The position numbers and the translations under genes are program-made. A stretch of 64,000 bases of DNA from an uncultured bacterium (GTDB lineage Bacteria; UBP4; UBA4092), in the NCBI GenBank assembly GCA_964644695.1, contig CAZXWN010000003.1, positions 1 through 64,000 on the forward strand. Direction: 5' to 3'. A model generated the notes under the pieces. That model searched no databases, was not told the DNA's origin, and saw only the letters and a program-made list of their open reading frames with translations. Positions 11,032 through 21,740 of the stretch are shown piece by piece. Within the stretch, counting starts at the first letter, position 1. Each line of letters opens with the position of its first letter.

Positions 11032-12325
11032 GAGACCACACCTGTTTTTTAAAAATTTTATCCACTTGTTTGGTGAATATTTTTGGATCAAAGCATGCTT
11101 TGAGTTCTTTATCGGTTAATTTATCTTTAATTTCAGAATCTGCCGTCAGAAGTTCATAGAAAGGAATCTTGTCAGACCAGGACTTCATGGCATTTTTCTG
11201 TACCAGAGCGTAAGCATCTTCCCGGGTCATTCCTTTTTTGATCAAGGCAAGCAGTACCTGCTGTGAGTAAACCAGACCCATGGACTTCTCCATGTTTTTG
11301 GCCATATTTTCTGGATAGACCAGAAGGTCACCCACCACCCAGTTGATTTTTCGGAGCATATAATGCACCAGTGTGGTGGAGTCGGGTAAAATCACTCGTT
11401 CAACAGAGGAGTGGGAGATGTCTCGTTCATGCCAGAGGGCAATGTTCTCAATCCCCGCCAATGCGTTTGTACGAACCAAACGGGCTAAACCGCAAAGTTG
11501 TTCACAGGTGACAGGATTTCGCTTGTGAGGCATTGCTGAGGAGCCTTTTTGCCCCTTGCTGAAAGGTTCTTCGGCTTCCAAGACCTCAGTCCGTTCCAAA
11601 TGACGGATTTCAAGGGCTATTTTCTCAATAGTGGCGGCGGTGATAGCCAGGGTGTTGAGGTATTCGGCGTGACGGTCTCTCTGGACGACCTGATTTGAAA
11701 TAGGTTCGGCGGTTATTCCCAGAGACTTGCACACTTCCGCTTCGATATCGGGCGGGATGGCGGCGTAAGTTCCTACGGCACCGGCAATCTTGCCGCAGGC
11801 AACCGTTTCTTTGGCCCGTTCCAACCGTTCCCGGTTTCGAATCATTTCGTTGCACCACATCCCCATCTTCATTCCAAAGGTGATGGGTTCCGCATGAACA
11901 CCGTGAGAACGGCCCATTTGGAGGGTGTATTTGTATTTCTCAGCTTGAGACGCCAGTATCTCGATACACTTGTCCACCTCTTCCAGAATCAAATCGGCGG
12001 ATTTTTTCATTCGCAACGCTTGTGCTGTATCCAACATATCGTTGGACGTCATACCCATGTGGATATATCGGCCGGAGGGGCCCACATGTTCATTGACGTT
12101 GGTCAGGAAGGCGATGACATCGTGTTTGACTTTGGCCTCAATCTCTTCCACTCTCTTTATATTGAAAGCAGCTTTTTTCTTGATGATTTTGAGGTCTTTG
12201 GCAGGAATTTGGCCACGTTTGGCCCAGGCATCACACACGGCAAGTTCGACCTCGAGCCAGTACTGACACTTGCTCTCTTCAGTCCATAGTTGCCGCATTT
12301 CAGGAGTTGTGTAACGTTCGATCAC
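11009..12325 (-). CDS. purB: Adenylosuccinate lyase
   Basis: IERY N-terminus, KHDVIAF, GRSHGVHAEP, GSSAMPHKRNP signature; GTG start after GAGG. Confidence 0.97.
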   Translation of the reverse strand: MIERYTTPEMRQLWTEESKCQYWLEVELAVCDAWAKRGQIPAKDLKIIKKKAAFNIKRVEEIEAKVKHDVIAFLTNVNEHVGPSGRYIHMGMTSNDMLDTAQALRMKKSADLILEEVDKCIEILASQAEKYKYTLQMGRSHGVHAEPITFGMKMGMWCNEMIRNRERLERAKETVACGKIAGAVGTYAAIPPDIEAEVCKSLGITAEPISNQVVQRDRHAEYLNTLAITAATIEKIALEIRHLERTEVLEAEEPFSKGQKGSSAMPHKRNPVTCEQLCGLARLVRTNALAGIENIALWHERDISHSSVERVILPDSTTLVHYMLRKINWVVGDLLVYPENMAKNMEKSMGLVYSQQVLLALIKKGMTREDAYALVQKNAMKSWSDKIPFYELLTADSEIKDKLTDKELKACFDPKIFTKQVDKIFKKQVWSHGSKTRK

Positions 12326-12581
12326 GGGGCGATTACCTCGCGTAATAGACTTGTATATCAATTTTACCATAGGGGGATATGTGCAGGATTGAAACCCGGT
12401 CAATAAAAGAATTACTCCGGTAGGGGTTGACGAAAAGTCAGTTTAATCCTTTAATTATATGGACATTAAGACAATTTTGAGTGCGATGGGATAGGGACCT
12501 GGTTGCCATGTTGTACCGGTTTGCGCCTACCTTTATCTACCAAAATTCCTGATATGTCATGTGTTTTATGGGACATTTTGT

Positions 12582-13856
12582 ATGACTTTAGATTATGGAT
12601 ATTATCCAATTGAGGGTGTTCGGCCTCTTGACGGGTCATTTATTGCGTTAAATCCAGTCAACTGCCAATGGTCAAAAGACCGGTGGCAGCGGGAGTTTGT
12701 TTTTTTCAAGAATCTGGGCATGAAAACCGCTGTTCTCAACAGGGCTATATCAAAAACAGACGCCTATTATCAGAACTGTTCACTGAGTGAATTTAACTCA
12801 ACCGGTAATCCCATAGAATTAATCATGTCTATTGCTGATGAGATGAATTTGGATATCTGGCTCGGTCTCTATGAGTCCGAGGAAGAATGGTTCACGGTTA
12901 ATCCAACGACACTGAAAGATGTTTTGAAAAAGAGTGTGTCGGTTGCGGATGATTTACATCGCATCTATCAATCTCATCCGTCTTGGAAGGGATGGTATAT
13001 TCCCGAAGAGATTGATAATTTGAACTGGATTTCCCCTGATAAACAGAAAAAACTCATCACTAAATTCCTGTTGCCTCTGACCAATCATTTGAACAAACTT
13101 TCACCTGAAAAGTTTATCCTGCTGTCCCCTTCTTTTAATGACCGGGTGCGGGCCCCGGAAGAATATGGGACCTGGTGGAATCAAGTATTGGCGGCGTGTC
13201 CGGCGTTGTCGCATCTGGCTGTCCAGGATGGTATTGGGGTGGACCATGCCGACTGGGACACCATGCCGGCCTATTTCCACAGCCTCCAAATCGCCTGTCA
13301 GGAAAACCACCGCACACTCTGGTCAGATGTGGAACTATTCAACGGGGTCGGTTTTCCGGAACCGGCATCCTTGGGCCGGATAACTCGTCAGATTAAAGCG
13401 GTGGAACCCTATGTGACCGGATTATTATCGTGGGAATTTCTCGACAGTCTCAGTCCGTCGGCGGGTTGGGAACAGGCCTTACGCTATTCGGAATATAAAG
13501 ATTATCTCAACGGGGTCCATGATACTTATTTGTGTAACATCTCCCGAAATAAACCGAAAGCACAATCGGGTAAACCCAGACCTACTACAATCCTGGACCT
13601 GGGTGAAACGTTTCCGCATCTTGCTTCCGTGTGGATTTATGGGCCGATGGGAAGTAGTCCGGCAAAAGTATTCGTGGCTCAGGATAACAGGAAATTCAAA
13701 TCTCTGGGGACTACGGATGAGCCGCGCGAGCTAATTGATGGGCAGGGACTGTGTATCATAAAAAGTAAGGGTTTTGCAGCGCGTTATATCAAAGTCGAAA
13801 CAGAGGTTCTTCCGGATAATGTAATTGTCTTTCAAGATATGGACTATAACGACTGA
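12582..13856 (+). CDS. DUF4434-like putative glycoside hydrolase with C-terminal discoidin-like remnant
   Basis: WQREF..FKNLGM, GWYIPEEID, QDGIG and LWSDVELF motifs; C-terminal ARYIKV. Confidence 0.6.
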   Translation: MTLDYGYYPIEGVRPLDGSFIALNPVNCQWSKDRWQREFVFFKNLGMKTAVLNRAISKTDAYYQNCSLSEFNSTGNPIELIMSIADEMNLDIWLGLYESEEEWFTVNPTTLKDVLKKSVSVADDLHRIYQSHPSWKGWYIPEEIDNLNWISPDKQKKLITKFLLPLTNHLNKLSPEKFILLSPSFNDRVRAPEEYGTWWNQVLAACPALSHLAVQDGIGVDHADWDTMPAYFHSLQIACQENHRTLWSDVELFNGVGFPEPASLGRITRQIKAVEPYVTGLLSWEFLDSLSPSAGWEQALRYSEYKDYLNGVHDTYLCNISRNKPKAQSGKPRPTTILDLGETFPHLASVWIYGPMGSSPAKVFVAQDNRKFKSLGTTDEPRELIDGQGLCIIKSKGFAARYIKVETEVLPDNVIVFQDMDYND

Positions 13857-13864
13857 TTCTGCGA

Positions 13865-14128
13865 TTATCCGCGATAGGGGGGATTTTGGAGATTCGGAGT
13901 CAATAAAATCACCTTTCGTCCATAGAACTGACACAACTCCTCTTCGAGTTCATGGAAAATCTCTCCTAAAAAATGACCGTGTTCGAATTCCACCATCACT
14001 TGTAAGGGTGCCATGTCCATAGCCCCCTCTGGAAAATTGGGTTCCAGACAGGTTATCCGCCGAATAGGATACTTTCGTAATAATGGTTGAAGGTTTAAAT
14101 CTACAAATTCAAATTTTAGAAATCCCAT
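13865..14128 (-). CDS. Minimal nucleotidyltransferase (MNT)-like small protein, catalytic motifs degenerate
   Basis: VEFEHGH...ELEEEL...GRKV.L.TP matches the MNT C-terminal half; the FGS and DxD motifs are absent. Confidence 0.55.
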   Translation of the reverse strand: MGFLKFEFVDLNLQPLLRKYPIRRITCLEPNFPEGAMDMAPLQVMVEFEHGHFLGEIFHELEEELCQFYGRKVILLTPNLQNPPYRG

Positions 14129-14136
14129 TGATTCAC

Positions 14137-16419
14137 TTACTCCATGTCATCCGGCTCGGCAATCAGAATCTCCCGAGGTTTGGACCCACGCATGGGCCCA
14201 ACCAGTCCGTCTCTTTCCATTTGTTCGATTATTTTCCGTGCCCGTGGGTATCCGATTCCTAAGTGAGTCTGAAGTAAGGAGGCGGAGGCTTGTTGCGTCT
14301 TGCGGACTATCTTGCAGGCTTCATCATACAGAACGTCTCTGTCTTCACTGCCAGCCATTCCTCCATCATTTCCGTTATCAATGGACTCTATAGTTGGGAC
14401 AACATACTGAGCAGGCCGCTGCGCTCGTATGAAATCACAGATTCCCTGGATTTCCGTATTTGAGACATAGGCTCCTTGTAACCGAACGGGTTTTGGAAGT
14501 CCGCCGGGAGCAAACAGCATGTCTCCCCGTCCAATCAGGGCTTCTGCCCCCATCGAATCTAAAATGGTTCTGGAATCGATTCGGCTCGATACCTGGAAAG
14601 CTATTCTTGAGGGGAAATTCGCTTTTATGAGACCCGTAATAACATCTACAGACGGTCTCTGTGTGGCAATGACCAGGTGAATACCCACAGCGCGGGCCAT
14701 CTGGGCCAACCTACATATCATATCTTCTACATCCGCACGGGCGACCATCATCAAGTCTGCCAATTCATCAATAACTACAACCAGTAACGGCATTTGTTGC
14801 AGAGGGATTCCGGCAGGATTATCCATCGGATCCCGGCCTTCTTTTTTCATTTGGTTAATCAGGTCATAATAACTGTCGATGTCCCTGACTGACAGGTCTG
14901 CAAAGAGAGAGTATCGGCGCTCCATCTCCAGTACGGCCCATTTGAGTGCGGCCGCCGCCTTCTTTGCTTCAGTCACGATAGGCGTCATCAGGTGAGGTAT
15001 TTCGGCAAAGATAGATAACTCCACCTTCTTCGGGTCAATCATGATGAATTTTACTTCATCTGGCATGGCTCTAAAGAGGATACTGGCAATGATTCCGTTG
15101 AGACAAACTGACTTTCCTGAACCGGTCGTGCCCGCAATCAGTAAGTGGGGCATTCGGGTCAGGTCCGCCACATGCGGCTCTCCGGAAATTGTTTTGCCGA
15201 CACCAAAAGCAAGTTTCGATTTGACCTTCAGGAAGGCGTCTGTGTCCAGAATCTCACGCAGGAACACCGGACTGGGCGACCGGTTCGGGACTTCGATACC
15301 GACGGCTGATTTACCCGGAATGGGAGCGATTCGGACATGACTGGCGCGCATCGAGAGGGCGATATCATTCTGAAGTGAGGAAATAGAACTAAGCTTTACA
15401 CCGGGAGCCAACTGGAGCTCATATCGGGTGACGGTGGGCCCCTGATTCACCTCCATCACGCGGGCCTCAATATTAAAACTTGCCAGAGTTTCTTCGAGTT
15501 TACGGGACTCTTTCTCTAAATCATCCCGGGAGCTTCGTTCGGCTTCGCCCGCAGGTGGCTCTTTTAATAAGTCCAGCGGCGGCAGAACATACTCGCCGTT
15601 TTCAACATCGACATTCGGTGGTCTGACAGGGGTTCGCAGTACCTGCCTTTTTTCATCTTCGAGAATAATCCGAGGTCCCTGATCAAGTTCGGAGGGGAGG
15701 GCGATATCCTCCAAATCAACTTCCTCGTCATCCGCATCAAACGGTGGGTCATCCTCAACGGGAACCACAACCGGTGCAGCTTCTTTTTTCTCCCGGGTCT
15801 TTTTCGGTTCTGGCGTGGCTATGGCGGCAGCGGCTTTAAGTTCTTTGCGTTCTTTTAATCGGCACTTCAGGTCAGAGAAAAAGACAGAGATGAGGAATTC
15901 GGTGGTTAGTACAAATCCTACCAGGAATGCAGCACCTGTCACTAAGTAAGAACCCACTGGGCCCAGCCACTGGGCGATACCGATTTCATAGGTAATGTAA
16001 GCGCCAATCAAACCTCCAAACTGGAAGTGTAAAATTTTATTTACCTTGGGGTCGAAGGGCAATGCCAATAGAGTGCATAAGGAAATCAACATCAACAGAG
16101 CGCCCAGAAACCGGAGTAACCGGCGGCTCTCAGTCGATTCCGGACATTCTCTGAACTGGCCTACTCCCCATAAAATCAAGAGTCCCGCCAACACAAAAGA
16201 TGAAACCCTCCCGAATACATAGAAAATCCCAAACCCGACAGTATGCCCGACAGCGCCCATCCATGGCAGTTCCAGTATCTCTGTGAACAGGGAGAGGAGC
16301 AGAAGTGCGGCTAACAGAAAATAGAGGATAGCAAAGACTTCTCGTTTGAGTTTGTCTTTATGTTCTGGTTCAACGGGTTTTTGATTCAATGATTTTCGTT
16401 TATTGGGTTGAACAGCCAT
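14137..16419 (-). CDS. ftsK: DNA translocase FtsK/SpoIIIE
   Basis: N-terminal TM domain, PHLLIAGTTGSGKS, IDELADLM, ATQRPSVDVITG, gamma domain (IGYPRARKII). Confidence 0.97.
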   Translation of the reverse strand: MAVQPNKRKSLNQKPVEPEHKDKLKREVFAILYFLLAALLLLSLFTEILELPWMGAVGHTVGFGIFYVFGRVSSFVLAGLLILWGVGQFRECPESTESRRLLRFLGALLMLISLCTLLALPFDPKVNKILHFQFGGLIGAYITYEIGIAQWLGPVGSYLVTGAAFLVGFVLTTEFLISVFFSDLKCRLKERKELKAAAAIATPEPKKTREKKEAAPVVVPVEDDPPFDADDEEVDLEDIALPSELDQGPRIILEDEKRQVLRTPVRPPNVDVENGEYVLPPLDLLKEPPAGEAERSSRDDLEKESRKLEETLASFNIEARVMEVNQGPTVTRYELQLAPGVKLSSISSLQNDIALSMRASHVRIAPIPGKSAVGIEVPNRSPSPVFLREILDTDAFLKVKSKLAFGVGKTISGEPHVADLTRMPHLLIAGTTGSGKSVCLNGIIASILFRAMPDEVKFIMIDPKKVELSIFAEIPHLMTPIVTEAKKAAAALKWAVLEMERRYSLFADLSVRDIDSYYDLINQMKKEGRDPMDNPAGIPLQQMPLLVVVIDELADLMMVARADVEDMICRLAQMARAVGIHLVIATQRPSVDVITGLIKANFPSRIAFQVSSRIDSRTILDSMGAEALIGRGDMLFAPGGLPKPVRLQGAYVSNTEIQGICDFIRAQRPAQYVVPTIESIDNGNDGGMAGSEDRDVLYDEACKIVRKTQQASASLLQTHLGIGYPRARKIIEQMERDGLVGPMRGSKPREILIAEPDDME

Positions 16420-16453
16420 ACTTTCCTCAGAGTAGGTCAATCACTATCTTATG

Positions 16454-18157
16454 TTATAACTCAACAATATTGGTCAGCACCATCGGGCGGCGGTTGGTTT
16501 GTTTGAACAGATACTTTTTAACAGCACGGGAGAGCGCTTCCTGGAGTGCGGAATTATCTTTTCGGATAGCAGGTTCAATCGTTTCCAATGTGTCTTTGGC
16601 CGATTGTTCAGCCTGTGCAATAAGTTCTGCGAAGGCTTCCTCCACAATAAAACCGCGGGTGGTGACTTCTGGAGGGCTGATGATTTCTCCGGTGTGGCGG
16701 TTTAGTGCCACGGTAACGATACAGAATCCATCCTCAGCCAGATGTCGGCGGTCTCGAATGACTTCATCTTCAACATCGCCCACACCCTTACCATCCACAA
16801 AAACACGGCCGGATGAAGTATGTCCAACGACTTCCAGAGTGTCGTCGGTTAATTCCACGACATCTCCATTTTCAATGACCTGGACACGGTCCGGATCTAC
16901 TCCACACTTAATCGCCAATTGGGCGTGCCGAACAAGATGTCTGTATTCTCCGTGAATCGGAATAAACATTTTGGGTTTAACCAGATTGAGCATTAATTTC
17001 TGTTCTTCCTGGCTGGCATGTCCGGATACATGGACCTCAGACACACGTTCATAGATGACTTCAGCACCACGGCGGTAAAGGTCATTAATAATGCGTGCAA
17101 TCGACTTTTCATTCCCCGGAATTACTCGAGCGGAAATGATGACGGTATCACCTTCCATGATTTCTACATGCTTGTGGTCATCCAAAGCAATCCGAGACAG
17201 GGCACTCATGGCTTCACCCTGACTTCCCGTAGTTATCAACAGGATTCGATTATCGGGCAGGGTGTGGATATCATTTAAGGTACCCTGTATCCCTGAGGGA
17301 AAATTCATATATCCCAATTCATCGGCGATCCGAATATTGCTGACCATCGACCGTCCCGCGAAGATTACGCGGCGTTCATATTTCATAGCGGTGTCGATGA
17401 GCTGCTGTACCCGATGAATATTGGAGGAGAAAGTGGCGGCAATGATGCGCCCCTTTGCATTAGCAAATATTTGATCGAAGTTATCCCCTAATTCCCGTTC
17501 AGAAAGGGTGTATCCCTCTTTTTCGACATTGGTTGAGTCAGATAAAAGGGCCAGGACTCCAGATTCACCCAACCGGGACAGGGTAAAAATATCCGTTTTT
17601 TCATCATCTACCGGGGTTGGGTCAATCTTGAAATCTCCGGTGTGCATTATCGTACCGATGGGGGTATGAACGGCGATTCCGATACAATCCACCGTCGAAT
17701 GAGTTACCCGGATAAACTCCAGCATAAACTCTCCGACCTGGACCATGTCGCGAGGTTTGATAATCTGTAAATCTAATACACCCAGCAGTTTGTGTTCTTT
17801 TAATTTGGGTTGTATCAGTCCCAGTGTTAACTTCGTTCCATACACGGGGCAGTCAAATTTCGGCAAAATATAAGGCAAAGCTCCAATATGGTCTTCATGG
17901 CAATGGGTGATAACAAAAGCCTTGACCTTATCTTTTCGTTCTTCGAGGTAACTAGTGTCGGGGATAATCAGGTCCACTCCCGGAGTATCTTCACCCGGAA
18001 ACATGACCCCACAATCAATGACGATTATTTCATCCCCATATTCATAGACCATCATATTCATTCCGATTTCCCCTAATCCGCCCAGGGGAACTAACCGGAG
18101 ATGGCCTGCGGCCGGTGGGGCCGCTATTAATGGATTGTATTGAAACTCTTCAGACAT
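16454..18157 (-). CDS. rnj: Ribonuclease J
   Basis: PLGGLGEIGMN, THCHEDHIG, HTGDFK, TGSQGE, HVSGHA and PIHGEYRH motifs. Confidence 0.96.
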   Translation of the reverse strand: MSEEFQYNPLIAAPPAAGHLRLVPLGGLGEIGMNMMVYEYGDEIIVIDCGVMFPGEDTPGVDLIIPDTSYLEERKDKVKAFVITHCHEDHIGALPYILPKFDCPVYGTKLTLGLIQPKLKEHKLLGVLDLQIIKPRDMVQVGEFMLEFIRVTHSTVDCIGIAVHTPIGTIMHTGDFKIDPTPVDDEKTDIFTLSRLGESGVLALLSDSTNVEKEGYTLSERELGDNFDQIFANAKGRIIAATFSSNIHRVQQLIDTAMKYERRVIFAGRSMVSNIRIADELGYMNFPSGIQGTLNDIHTLPDNRILLITTGSQGEAMSALSRIALDDHKHVEIMEGDTVIISARVIPGNEKSIARIINDLYRRGAEVIYERVSEVHVSGHASQEEQKLMLNLVKPKMFIPIHGEYRHLVRHAQLAIKCGVDPDRVQVIENGDVVELTDDTLEVVGHTSSGRVFVDGKGVGDVEDEVIRDRRHLAEDGFCIVTVALNRHTGEIISPPEVTTRGFIVEEAFAELIAQAEQSAKDTLETIEPAIRKDNSALQEALSRAVKKYLFKQTNRRPMVLTNIVEL

Positions 18158-18210
18158 AATGTTTTATCGGATTATAACATATTCCAGAACCGTCAAAAGG
18201 TTCGCTGTCA

Positions 18211-18259
18211 AACGAACCATCCACGGACTTGCTCCGAGTGGCTCCGTGGATTCTTCGTT
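18211..18259. repeat. Intergenic palindromic repeat, copy 3
   Basis: aacgaaccatccacggacttgctccgagtggctccgtggattcttcgtt. Confidence 0.8.
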
Positions 18260-18618
18260 TCAAATTCCGTCTGGTTGCTATCTTAAAAACAGATGTTTTG
18301 GCCTTTTTATATGATTTTGTAACATCTAAAACCTAAGCACATCAGAAATTTCAGTTCTTTTATCGCTACTAAAATTAAAATTTATCAACTAAACTTCATT
18401 GTAGTAACTAATCCCAATAAAATCAATGGTTAAATCCCCATTCGTCCGCTGAGTGCTCAAACTAAAATTCAAAAATATTGACTTCTCTTTTGATTTGGTA
18501 TCTCGTCTGGCAACGATTTTTATATATTCGAACCAATTTCTATCTTTATATTATGTTACTTTTATGTTAACTTCTCATTACATTTGCAACACTCTAATAG
18601 GGAATGAGGTGAAATTCG

Positions 18619-19524
18619 ATGCGAAAATTAATGAGTATAGTAATGGCAGCTTCATTAGCTGTTATGGCGTTTGCTGGAAATCAGGTCATTACATGGACCG
18701 ATTATGCCAGCAATCCGCTTAACCTGCATTCTACAGGCGCTCGGGCTTATATGCCGGCTGTCGTTTATAATCCAGCTTTTGGCGCTAATGCTTATAAGAT
18801 CTGGTATGATGTGGACGGTACAAGAATTTTGGCTACCAATTCATCTGCCGATGGTATTACCTGGAATGCTACATCACAGGCAGTAGTTGGTTTAGCGACC
18901 ACCGTTCGTGCGGGTCGTACCACTGTTTTATACAACAGTGCTGATGCCAAGCCCTACAAAATCTGGTATAACTCCAATACGGATAATATGGATTTGCGCT
19001 TTGCTCAGTCTGCGGATGGTGTTACCTTCTCTGATGATACCTATTGTTTAACCTTAGGTGCATGGAATGAAGGTCATGCTGTTTTGTTGGATGGTGGAGT
19101 CTATCATCTGTATTATGGTGCCAACAACACCCTTTGCCACATGACTTCTTATAATGGTTATACTTTCAGTTCCACAGGTTTAACGGTGAGTTTATCCACC
19201 GCTATCAGCATTAAGCCGACCTCTATTGTGAAGGTGGGTGCTAATGACTATCGCATGTGGGCTGATGAAAGCAATACCAAGATCCATTATTTAGTATCCA
19301 CAGATGGCAATACCTGGACCATGAAGGAATCTCCTGCTACTACAGTGGGTTCCGTAGGTGCTGCAGGTACCTGGAATGCAGCCCGTAATTATTACAGTTC
19401 CGTAGTCTATCTGGGCAACGGTCAGTTTAAGATGTGGCGTGGTGGACAGAGCACCGCCTATGCCACTGGTTATGCTACCGGTACAGATCCGGAATTGTCC
19501 GTATCTGAATGGGCTTTGTACTAA
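18619..19524 (+). CDS. Secreted beta-propeller protein (GH32/43/130-like fold), ends in LSVSEWALY
   Basis: Signal peptide; repeated blades of the form YKIWY...SADG.TW/F; GAGGTG RBS. Confidence 0.6.
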   Translation: MRKLMSIVMAASLAVMAFAGNQVITWTDYASNPLNLHSTGARAYMPAVVYNPAFGANAYKIWYDVDGTRILATNSSADGITWNATSQAVVGLATTVRAGRTTVLYNSADAKPYKIWYNSNTDNMDLRFAQSADGVTFSDDTYCLTLGAWNEGHAVLLDGGVYHLYYGANNTLCHMTSYNGYTFSSTGLTVSLSTAISIKPTSIVKVGANDYRMWADESNTKIHYLVSTDGNTWTMKESPATTVGSVGAAGTWNAARNYYSSVVYLGNGQFKMWRGGQSTAYATGYATGTDPELSVSEWALY

Positions 19525-19547
19525 AATTGATATAAGTTATTATCATG

Positions 19548-19581
19548 CCTCAGGTTCCCTTACAGGGGACCTGAGGTTTTT
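19548..19581 (+). terminator. Intrinsic terminator
   Basis: cctcaggttccc...gggacctgagg stem followed by a T run. Confidence 0.75.
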
Positions 19582-19743
19582 ATATGGACCGATTTATCTT
19601 GATAAGAGGTGAGATTTGCGTTAGATTATAAAAATACTTCTCAAATGGCCGGTCGGCTCGCAAAGACGCATATTTATCCTTAAAAAGGATATTGTCTATC
19701 AACTGTAAGTCCCGACAGGTATCACTGAGGAGACAGGAAAATA

Positions 19744-21669
19744 ATGAAAACATTGAAAAAGAAATTCCACATCATATTGATCAAGCCTTCGAAGTATGAT
19801 GATGAGGGATACGTCATTCGGTTTATCCGGGGCGTATTACCCAGCAATACCCTGGCTTGTCTGCATGGTTTAACGGAAGCGGTCCAACGCAAAAAACTCC
19901 TCGGTGAAGATGTTGAGTTAGTTATTCATTCATATGACGATTTTGTCCATGACTTGAATGTGCCGAAACTGGCAAAACTCAATAAGGGAGACCACCAACA
20001 GGCTCTTGTGGCCCTGGTCGGTGTTCAATCAAACCAGTTCCCGCGTGCTTCGGATTTGGCAAAATCTTTCCGAAAGCTTGGGGTGGATGTCATTATCGGC
20101 GGATTCCATGTCTCCGGTCAGATGGCCATGTTCCAGAATCCCACTCCGGAAATTCAGGAATTGATGGATGCCGGAGTCAGTGTCTTTGCAGGTGAAGCTG
20201 AGCACAAATGGGCTTCTATCCTGAAAGATGCCTGGGAACATAAGCTCCAGCCCATCTATAATTGCTTGAAGGATATGCCGGATATTTCTGTCGAACCTAT
20301 CCCCGTGGTCAATCCGGGTTACTTAAAACATTTTGCCTTTACGAATTTTGGTACTATCGACTGTGGTCGAGGATGTCCGTTTGCCTGTTCATTCTGTACC
20401 ATCATTAATGTTCAGGGCCGGGTTATGAGAAATCGGTCACCGGAATGTGTTCTCCATGCCATTCGTGATAATTATCACCAGAGAAAAGTGAATTATTACT
20501 TTTTCACGGATGATAACTTTTCCAGAAACAAGTTTTGGGAGGAAATATTCGACGGGTTGATTCGTCTCCGCAATGAAGAAGATATTGCTATTTTCTTTAT
20601 GATGCAGGTGGATGTTCTGTCGTATAAGATTCCGGGATTCCTGGAAAAAGCGAAAGAGGCGGGTTGTACGCAGGTTTTCATCGGCATGGAATCCATCAAC
20701 CCGAAAAACATTGAACTGGCGGGTAAGAAACAGAATAAAGTTCAGGATTACGCCCACATGATCCAGAGCTGGCGAGATGCGGGTATTAATACTCATGTTG
20801 GGTATATCATTGGATTCCCCTTTGATTCACCGGATTCCACGCATCACGATATTCAGACTCTAATGAATGAAGTGAAAGTGGACCAGGCGTCTTTCTTTAT
20901 TTTGACGCCGCTGCCGGGTTCTGAAGACCATAAACACTGTATTGAAAAAGGTACTCCAATCGAAACCGATTACAACCGGTATGACTCGTTCCATGTCACG
21001 ACACCACATCCGAATTTTACGGCGGACACATGGATGAGAGCTTACCGTGATGCCTGGTCAACCTTCTATTCGAAAGAAAATATGAAGGCCATTTTATCCC
21101 GGCAGACGGAAACAACCTACTGGCGCGTATTCATGAATTTCCTTTGGTATAAATCCTCCATCTATATTGAATTAGACCACCCGATGATTGCCGGATTCTA
21201 TCGGTTGAAAGATCGTACTGACCGGCGCGCTGGGTATCCTGTTGAGGGCCGTCTCAAACATTTGATTCGACGGTTCAAGGATTTTAAGGCCCACATGAAG
21301 GGCTACTGGAACCTTTTCCTTGAGATGGAAGAAGTCTGGCTGGCCACACGCATCCGGTCTGAGCGTGAGAAACGCTTAGTTGAAGAGTATCGTATCCTCC
21401 GGGCGAAAGTCCCAACGACGGGCGATTTGAAACGCTGGTACTACATTCGGAAGATGAATATCTTTTCATTCCGGGGCTATGATACCCGAGTCCATATAAA
21501 ATGGTTCTGGGGCCGTACTAAGGTTTATTGGCGCAGGCGGGAATATTATAAGATTCATTTCCTGGGGCTGTTGACCAATTTTCTGCGGGGTGCAAAACTG
21601 GACCTGATTTTCCTGTATTATCTGTTCCTTAAGAAGGCCCGTCACAGTACCAGTATTGATAATATCTAA
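19744..21669 (+). CDS. Cobalamin-binding radical SAM protein
   Basis: IIGGFHVS (B12-binding region), RGCPFACSFC, FFTDDNF, FIGMES and ILTPLPGS motifs. Confidence 0.85.
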   Translation: MKTLKKKFHIILIKPSKYDDEGYVIRFIRGVLPSNTLACLHGLTEAVQRKKLLGEDVELVIHSYDDFVHDLNVPKLAKLNKGDHQQALVALVGVQSNQFPRASDLAKSFRKLGVDVIIGGFHVSGQMAMFQNPTPEIQELMDAGVSVFAGEAEHKWASILKDAWEHKLQPIYNCLKDMPDISVEPIPVVNPGYLKHFAFTNFGTIDCGRGCPFACSFCTIINVQGRVMRNRSPECVLHAIRDNYHQRKVNYYFFTDDNFSRNKFWEEIFDGLIRLRNEEDIAIFFMMQVDVLSYKIPGFLEKAKEAGCTQVFIGMESINPKNIELAGKKQNKVQDYAHMIQSWRDAGINTHVGYIIGFPFDSPDSTHHDIQTLMNEVKVDQASFFILTPLPGSEDHKHCIEKGTPIETDYNRYDSFHVTTPHPNFTADTWMRAYRDAWSTFYSKENMKAILSRQTETTYWRVFMNFLWYKSSIYIELDHPMIAGFYRLKDRTDRRAGYPVEGRLKHLIRRFKDFKAHMKGYWNLFLEMEEVWLATRIRSEREKRLVEEYRILRAKVPTTGDLKRWYYIRKMNIFSFRGYDTRVHIKWFWGRTKVYWRRREYYKIHFLGLLTNFLRGAKLDLIFLYYLFLKKARHSTSIDNI

Positions 21670-21686
21670 ATAACCGAAATTAAAAC

Positions 21687-21718
21687 AAAAGCCGGTCTCA
21701 TAAGGGACCGGCTTTTTT
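21687..21718. terminator. Bidirectional intrinsic terminator
   Basis: aaaagccggtc...gaccggctttttt between convergent genes. Confidence 0.8.
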
Positions 21719-21740
21719 CATGGCTAATTATAATCGTGTA

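Noticed and set aside
13830-13856. DUF4434 C-terminus (FQDMDYND) as another sorting tail
   Set aside because: Spacing does not fit the motif and the protein lacks a clear signal peptide.
19640-19740. Riboswitch upstream of the B12 radical SAM gene
   Set aside because: No recognisable cobalamin, SAM or c-di-GMP consensus elements by eye.
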